A stretch of DNA of 32,000 nucleotides, from positions 480,001 through 512,000 of the forward strand of contig NZ_LN831039.1 in NCBI RefSeq assembly GCF_001457595.1, written 5' to 3'. Below the pieces are notes generated by a model. The model was not told where the DNA came from. It was given only the letters and a program-made list of their open reading frames with translations, and searched no databases. Position 1 is the stretch's first letter, and each line of letters begins with the position of its first letter. Shown one piece after another: positions 26,517-32,000 of this stretch. The stretch is from Mycolicibacterium smegmatis. Its GTDB lineage: Bacteria; Actinomycetota; Actinomycetes; Mycobacteriales; Mycobacteriaceae. Position numbers and translations under genes: made by a program.

Positions 26517-28658
26517 CTACTCCGCGGGAGCGGGTGTCACGTCGGCACCGGAGCCCTTGATCGACGCTTTCGCGCGGTTCTCGGGCCGCACGGCCTTCTT
26601 GCCGCGCACGTAGCCGGTCTTGGAGATCGACGCCGCGAGCAGGGCGTCCTCGCCCTTGACGAACGGGTGGAACGCCACGCCGGCGCCTCCGCGGCCCTTG
26701 ACCGGGATGTCGGCGACTTCGGTGACCTTCCAACTCTTTTCGGCGATCGACAGGATGGCCTCGCCGTTGGCGCACGACACCGGCAGCGCGGCGATCACCT
26801 CGTCACCGTCGGCCGCGAGCTTCACCCCGGCCACACCGTTTCCGGCGACGCCCTGCGGGTTCACCGACGCCGGGTCGACACGCAGGATCTTGCCGCGCCG
26901 CGTCACGAGCGCCAGATGGTAGCCCTCCGGAAGCACACCCGAGCGCACCAGACCGGTGATGTCGGGCGCGACCGGGATGTCGCGGATCTTGAACGGCAGA
27001 CCGTTGCCGGTCGTGAACTTGATACGACCGTCGGACCACACAGCCCAGCCGAGCCCGGAGGTGAGCAGCTCACCGTGGCTGTCGGAGAACACCCCTCGGT
27101 CGTCGAGACGCCAGGCCGTGTTGACCTTGCGTTCGCGTGAACCGTCCTCGTCGCCGCGGGATACCGGCGTCGCGTCCAAGTCCAGCACGGTGCGCCGGTC
27201 GTACTCGGGGCCCTTGAACAGCTTCGCGGTCTCGACGAGTTCCTTGTCGATCACCTTGCGGCGGGACTCGGGGTTGGTCACCAGATCATTGAGTTCGGCG
27301 AACTCGGCGTCGAGCTTCTCGGCCTCGGCCTGCAGCTCGATGACGTCGAGTTTGGTCAGTCGCCGAAGTTGCAGCGACAGAACGTAATCCGCCTGCTCGG
27401 CGTCGATCTTGAACCGCTCCTGCAGGCCCTTGCGGGCCTCGTCGACGGTCTCGGAGCCGCGGATGACCGCGACGGCGGCGTCGATGTCGAGGTGGATCTT
27501 CATCAGACCGGCCACCAGATGGCGGCGCGCGGTGACCTTCTCCAGCCGGTATTCACTGCGGTGCAGCACCACCGAATCGCGCAGCTGGAGGAATGTCATG
27601 ATCAGGTCACGCACCGACCACCAGCGCGGTACGCGGTTCTCGTCGAGGGCCACCAGGCTCGCGGCGAAGGTGGATTCCAGCGGTGTGAGGGCGAGCAGTT
27701 GGTCGCGGATCTGTTCTGCGTTGTGGCCGCGCTTGGCGGTGACGACGATGCGCAGGCCGTTGCGGCGGTCGGTGAGGTCGGACATGTCCGCGACCCCCGA
27801 CATCTCGCCGGACTCGACGAGGGCACGGATGCGGTCCTGCACGGTGTTGCTCGCGACGCCGGGTGGCAGTTCGGTGATGATGCAGTTCTTGCCCTCGACC
27901 GAGATCGTGCCGCGCACGGTGAAATGCCCACGGCCGGTGGTGATGTACTCACGCAGCCCGGCCGTGCCCACCACACTCGCGCCGGACCCCCAATCGGGTC
28001 CGGGGATCAGCTTGCACAGCCGGTCGTCGGTCATGTTCGGCGTCTTCAGCAGCGCCCGGCAGGCCGCCATCACCTCGCGCGGATTGTGTGCGGGCACCTT
28101 GGTGGCCCACCCCTCGGCGATGCCGACGGCCCCGTTGCACAGCAGCACGGGCCACTGCGCGGGCAGCACGGTCGGCTCGATCCATTCGCCGTCGAACGTC
28201 GGCACCATCGGTACCGCGTGGTCGTTGAGTTCGGCGGTCAGCGCCGCGCCCGGTGCCGAGAGCCGCATCTCGGTGTACCGGTCGGCGGCGGGGATGTCGC
28301 CCTGGATGCGGGGGAACGCGCCTTGTCCGTCAATGACTTTCACGCGCTGGAAGTCCGCGGCCATCAGCGCCGCGGCGCCGTACATCGAGGCGCCGCCGTG
28401 GGGGTGCAGGTTGCCGGTGACCGCCGAGCACACCTTCGACGACTTCTGCGGTTTGTTGCCTGGCAGCAGTTTCGAGTCGTGCATCTGGTACAGCAGTCGA
28501 CGCTGACCGGGTTTGAGCCCGTCGTACGCCGACGGGATGGCGCGGTCGCTGACGCTGTAGAGCGCGAAGGTCAGTTGGTAGTGGTTCCAGTAGTCGTCGG
28601 CGCTCTGGTCGAGCACCAGATCGGGGTTCTGCTCGGGAACGTCCAGGGTGGCGGTCAC
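26517..28658 (-). CDS. GyrA/ParC-like subunit of an atypical type II topoisomerase (TopoM-like), 713 aa (GTG start at 28658)
   Basis: YSVSDRAIPSAYDGLKPGQRRLLYQM, HPHGGASMYGAAALMA, catalytic Tyr context IPAADRYTEMRLS; shortened beta-pinwheel C-terminal region (VKGRGGAGV). RBS gtaggag upstream of GTG. Confidence 0.92.
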   Translation of the reverse strand: MTATLDVPEQNPDLVLDQSADDYWNHYQLTFALYSVSDRAIPSAYDGLKPGQRRLLYQMHDSKLLPGNKPQKSSKVCSAVTGNLHPHGGASMYGAAALMAADFQRVKVIDGQGAFPRIQGDIPAADRYTEMRLSAPGAALTAELNDHAVPMVPTFDGEWIEPTVLPAQWPVLLCNGAVGIAEGWATKVPAHNPREVMAACRALLKTPNMTDDRLCKLIPGPDWGSGASVVGTAGLREYITTGRGHFTVRGTISVEGKNCIITELPPGVASNTVQDRIRALVESGEMSGVADMSDLTDRRNGLRIVVTAKRGHNAEQIRDQLLALTPLESTFAASLVALDENRVPRWWSVRDLIMTFLQLRDSVVLHRSEYRLEKVTARRHLVAGLMKIHLDIDAAVAVIRGSETVDEARKGLQERFKIDAEQADYVLSLQLRRLTKLDVIELQAEAEKLDAEFAELNDLVTNPESRRKVIDKELVETAKLFKGPEYDRRTVLDLDATPVSRGDEDGSRERKVNTAWRLDDRGVFSDSHGELLTSGLGWAVWSDGRIKFTTGNGLPFKIRDIPVAPDITGLVRSGVLPEGYHLALVTRRGKILRVDPASVNPQGVAGNGVAGVKLAADGDEVIAALPVSCANGEAILSIAEKSWKVTEVADIPVKGRGGAGVAFHPFVKGEDALLAASISKTGYVRGKKAVRPENRAKASIKGSGADVTPAPAE

Positions 28659-28669
28659 GTGAAAGTCTC

Positions 28670-30703
28670 CTACGTCAGGTCCAGCGCGGAGGTGTCGACA
28701 CGGGCGGCGACATCGGCCATCCACGTGCGCCGGCCCTCCGGCGGTCCGCCGAACAACGTGTGGTGCAGCTTCTTCTCGCTCTCATCGGGGCGCACCCGAA
28801 TCACCGTGCGGCGCTGCGGATCCAGCACGGTGTTCCAGAAGTCGTCGGCGTCCATCTCACCGAGACCCTTGTTGCGCTGTACCTCCACGCGTCGGTTGGA
28901 GGACGCCTTCAACTGGGCCACGGCCGCGTCGCGTTCGGACTCGTCCTGGCAGTAGATCCGCTCGTCGCCTGCCTTCACCACGAACAGCGGCGGCATGGTC
29001 ACGTACACCATCCCGGCTTCGACGAGCGGACGGTAGAAGTCCAGGAACATCGAGATCAGGCTCGAGTTGATGTTGCCACCGTCGGGGTCGGCGTCGGAGG
29101 CGAACAGGATCCGGTCGTACCGGCACAGTTCCGGGTCGCAGTGGTCGCGCACGCCGCAGCCCAGGATGCGCTCGATCGCGTCGAACTCGTCTTTGGCCCG
29201 CGCCTTGTTCAACGGGAAACCGTAGACGTTGGGCGGCTTGCCTTTCAGCGGGAACGCGGCCTGGAACGTCGCGTCGCGCGCGGCCTTGATGGTGCCCAGA
29301 GCCGAATCGCCCTCGCAGAGGAACAGTTCGGCGCCCGAACCACGGCCCGACTCGCGGCTGGGCAGCAGCTTGGGCGGCAGCGACAGGTTGGTACCGAGAC
29401 CTTTGGCCTTCGATGCCGCACGGGCGCGGGCCTTGGCGCCCTCGGCGCTGCGGCGGGCGCGCGCGGACTCCAGTGCCAGCTTGCTCCACAGCGTCACGGT
29501 GTCGGCGTTGGCGGGGTTGGCCGCCCAGATCGTCACGCTGCGCGCCACATCCGGGGCCATCGCCAGGTTCAGCGAGCGCGACGACACCGCGGTCTTGGCC
29601 TGCGAATCCCACGCGACGTCCGGTGCGCGGGTGTCCACGGCCAGTGCGGTCACGGCCGCGAAATCCTGTGGTTCCGGGCCTTCTTCGTTCTTGGCCAGGC
29701 CCAGATCGCGCATGCGGGACGCGCGCTCGGCCAACGCCTCGGACAGACCCTTGATCGCGGCGGTCAGGTGCGATCCGCCGCCGGGTGTGCGCACGGTGTT
29801 GCAGAACGCGGCGACCGTCGCCGGTTCGGCCGGTCCGGCCGTCAGCGACCAGCGGAACGGGGTCGGTCCGCGGCCCGTGGTGTACTCGCCGCGGCCTTCC
29901 ACGACGGCGCGGACCTCGGGCAGGGGAGTGCCCGCCGCGGTGCACATGAGGTCCAGCAGGGTTTCGGTGCCCCACGGCCCGCTGAACGGTTCGAGCACCG
30001 CCGGCGGGACCTCTTCGCCGGGCCAGCCCTCGTCGACGACGACCAGGTGCACGCCGGGCGACATCCGCGCCGCGGCGTGTGCGCGCAGCAGCACCTCGCC
30101 GATGTCCAGGGTCGAGTCCGGCGCGATCGCAGGGTCGAACAGGATGCGCACCTCGGTGCCGTGCAGGTCGGGCTTGCGGTTGCTGACGCCGCGCAGTTTC
30201 TGGGTGTCGTTGCGGGTGAACGGGGCCTCCGGGTCGAACTCCTTGCCCTCGAACACGCCCGGATAACCGCGGCCGAAGCTCTGCAGAAAGGTCTTGCCGT
30301 CACGGCGCACCGTGACGTCGGTGCGCGCGGAGATGAACACCGCGGCCGCCGCGCCGATGCCGTTGAGGCCGGCGCCGGTGCTGGTGGCGTCCTTGTGCGC
30401 GGAGAACTTGCCGCCGGCGCGGGCTGTGCCCAGCGTCTTGACGATGCCGTTCTTCCCGGTGGTCGGGTCGGTGTCGACGGGCAGGCCGCGGCCGTCGTCG
30501 GCGACGCTGACCGAACCGTCGGCGTGCAGGGTGATCGTGACGGTCGACCCGCCGTGGCCGGGATCGGCGACCTCCTCGATCGCGTTGTCGACGATCTCGC
30601 GCAGGGCGGTGTTGAGCACGTCGAGGCCCAGGTTCACCGCCGGCCGCAGCCGCGTGTGCTGGACATCGTCGAGCTCGGTGATGTCTGCGGCGGTGTAACT
30701 CAC
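28670..30703 (-). CDS. GyrB/ParE-like subunit of an atypical type II topoisomerase (TopoM-like), 677 aa (GTG start at 30703)
   Basis: GHKL domain LREIVDNAIEEV, DDGRGLPV, GAGLNGIGAAAA. TOPRIM ELFLCEGDSALGTI, ILFASDADPDGGNI; C-terminal QRNKGLGEMDADDFWNTVLDP. Confidence 0.92.
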   Translation of the reverse strand: MSYTAADITELDDVQHTRLRPAVNLGLDVLNTALREIVDNAIEEVADPGHGGSTVTITLHADGSVSVADDGRGLPVDTDPTTGKNGIVKTLGTARAGGKFSAHKDATSTGAGLNGIGAAAAVFISARTDVTVRRDGKTFLQSFGRGYPGVFEGKEFDPEAPFTRNDTQKLRGVSNRKPDLHGTEVRILFDPAIAPDSTLDIGEVLLRAHAAARMSPGVHLVVVDEGWPGEEVPPAVLEPFSGPWGTETLLDLMCTAAGTPLPEVRAVVEGRGEYTTGRGPTPFRWSLTAGPAEPATVAAFCNTVRTPGGGSHLTAAIKGLSEALAERASRMRDLGLAKNEEGPEPQDFAAVTALAVDTRAPDVAWDSQAKTAVSSRSLNLAMAPDVARSVTIWAANPANADTVTLWSKLALESARARRSAEGAKARARAASKAKGLGTNLSLPPKLLPSRESGRGSGAELFLCEGDSALGTIKAARDATFQAAFPLKGKPPNVYGFPLNKARAKDEFDAIERILGCGVRDHCDPELCRYDRILFASDADPDGGNINSSLISMFLDFYRPLVEAGMVYVTMPPLFVVKAGDERIYCQDESERDAAVAQLKASSNRRVEVQRNKGLGEMDADDFWNTVLDPQRRTVIRVRPDESEKKLHHTLFGGPPEGRRTWMADVAARVDTSALDLT

Positions 30704-30847
30704 TGCTCGTTCTCTCCAAAAAGTGGGGTGGTGTGCCGGTGGAATGGTAGACGCCGGATCAGACATCACCGCGCATCTGCGCTGCAACCTGCGATGTGAT
30801 CTGCCGCGATACGTACGGAAGTGGTCCAGACCACAGCCACCTGTCAG

Positions 30848-30865
30848 GGTAGGGACAGCCCTACC
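30848..30865. promoter_or_regulatory. Inverted repeat GGTAGGG-acag-CCCTACC upstream of the histidine kinase
   Basis: Perfect 7-bp arms with 4-nt spacer, 40 nt upstream of the ATG at 30906. Confidence 0.6.
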
Positions 30866-30905
30866 TTGAATACGCGGGCACACGGGATGGGGGTGGATCC
30901 GGCAG

Positions 30906-32000
30906 ATGCCTAGCGTGACGAGCGTGACCACAACGCAGCGTTCCGGCCGACTTCGTCAGCTGGGTGTCGACAGCGCCTACGTGCTGCTCGGTTTTCCGCT
31001 CGCCACGGTGAGCTTCACCGTCATCGTGGCGATGCTGGCTGCCGGGATCGCCACGGCAGTCCTGGTGATCGGGCTGCCGATCCTCGTCGGAACGCTTCTC
31101 GTCGCCCGGGTGCTCGCCGATATCGAACGGTTGCGTCTGCCTGCTGTTCTCCGCCGCCCGCGCATCCGGCCGGCCTACCGCAAGGCCGCACCCGGGGCCG
31201 GCGTGTGGAACCGGCTCGGCGCCGTGATGGCCGACGCCCAGTCCTGGCTCGACGTCGTGCACGCCGTGGTGCGGTTCCCGGTCTCGTTGGTCACCTTCAG
31301 CGTCGTGGTCAGCTGGTGGGCTGCCGCGCTCGGCGGCACGTCGACCGCCGCGTGGGACTGGGCCGTCCCCCGCGGCCCGGACAATCAGTCACTGGCCCAG
31401 CTGATCGGCCTCGGCGACAGCACAGTTGCGCGGATCGGGTTTCAGACCGCCGCCGGCCTGCTCTGCCTGGTCAGCCTGCCCTGGGTGGTCCGTGGCTGCG
31501 CCTTGCTCGACGCCGGCCTGGCCCGCACGCTGCTGTGCGGTGTCTCGGAGATGCGTCAGACCATCACCGTGCTCGCGGAGCAGAAGTCGGCGGCCACATC
31601 GGCCGAGGCGCATGCACTGCGCCGGCTGGAACGCGACATCCACGACGGCCCGCAGCAACGTCTCATCCGCCTCGCGATGGATCTGGGACGCGCCCGTCAG
31701 CACACGCAACCGGGTGCCCTGCAGGACATCATCGACGAGGCGGTGGTGCAGACCCAGGAGACCCTCGACGAACTGCGCGCCCTGTCACGCGGGATCGCCC
31801 CGCCGGTGCTCACCGACCGTGGGCTACCCAGTGCGCTTGCCGCCCTTGCCATTCGGTGCACGGTCCCGGTCGAACTCAACGTCGACCCCGGCCTGGGCAC
31901 TTCCGCGGGCAGGCCGGACCCGGCTGTCGAGACCACCGTCTATTTCGCGGTCGCCGAGGCGCTGACCAATGTTGCCAAACACAGCGAGGCGACAACCTGC
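30906..32000 (+). CDS. NarL/DesK-type sensor histidine kinase, N-terminal 365 codons (3' end outside window)
   Basis: No stop to the window edge, so absent from the ORF track. Membrane segments (YVLLGFPLATVSFTVIVAMLAAGIATAVLVIGLPILVGTLLVARVLADIERLRLP), HisKA_3 box RRLERDIHDGPQQRLIRLAMDLGRAR, N-box YFAVAEALTNVAKHSEATTC. Confidence 0.93.
   Translation, partial: MPSVTSVTTTQRSGRLRQLGVDSAYVLLGFPLATVSFTVIVAMLAAGIATAVLVIGLPILVGTLLVARVLADIERLRLPAVLRRPRIRPAYRKAAPGAGVWNRLGAVMADAQSWLDVVHAVVRFPVSLVTFSVVVSWWAAALGGTSTAAWDWAVPRGPDNQSLAQLIGLGDSTVARIGFQTAAGLLCLVSLPWVVRGCALLDAGLARTLLCGVSEMRQTITVLAEQKSAATSAEAHALRRLERDIHDGPQQRLIRLAMDLGRARQHTQPGALQDIIDEAVVQTQETLDELRALSRGIAPPVLTDRGLPSALAALAIRCTVPVELNVDPGLGTSAGRPDPAVETTVYFAVAEALTNVAKHSEATTC

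Noticed and set aside
28659-28724. N-terminal extension of the GyrA-like ORF
   Set aside because: Overlaps the end of the GyrB-like gene and lacks homology-like sequence; GTG at 28658 has a good RBS.
27369-30799. Two long plus-strand ORFs (528 and 679 aa) opposite the TopoM-like genes
   Set aside because: Antisense shadows of strongly conserved topoisomerase subunits.
30704-30931. N-terminal extension of the GyrB-like ORF
   Set aside because: The segment (MTLVTLGICRIHPHPVCPRI...) is intergenic-like and contains the inverted repeat; GTG at 30703 fits the family N-terminus.

Overview
This 32 kb window is high-GC actinobacterial chromosome that reads as Mycolicibacterium smegmatis or a very close relative. 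That assignment comes from recognising the protein families and the gene order; no database search was run. Left to right: the 3' part of nirB and nirD; a short winged-helix-like ORF; a small membrane protein ORF; a long minus-strand run (cbiX/sirB-like chelatase, nnaR-type HemD/OmpR fusion, narK, aac(2')-Id, pxpC/pxpB-like pair, yhhQ-type queuosine-precursor transporter, Tat/lipobox siderophore- or heme-binding lipoprotein, YeiH-family transporter preceded by an unannotated ~30-aa ORF); a maleylpyruvate isomerase-like protein and a TetR regulator; a tightly coupled agmatine/N-carbamoylputrescine-type operon (amidase, agmatine deiminase, amidohydrolase, APC permease); a divergent ohr/ohrR pair with perfect palindromic operator candidates; an MFS-Usp fusion; a gluconate locus (gntP, gntK, GntR/FadR-type regulator); an aldehyde dehydrogenase; an atypical second type II topoisomerase (TopoM-like A and B subunits); and the 5' part of a NarL-type sensor histidine kinase. 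I see no CRISPR array, prophage, IS element, tRNA or rRNA, and no convincing new defence-like system. The most useful second-look items are the small ORF that may be a split-off first helix of YeiH, the substituted quinolone-contact positions in the TopoM A subunit, several perfect palindromes in promoter regions, the convergent overlap at 3346-3615, and the agmatine-type operon.
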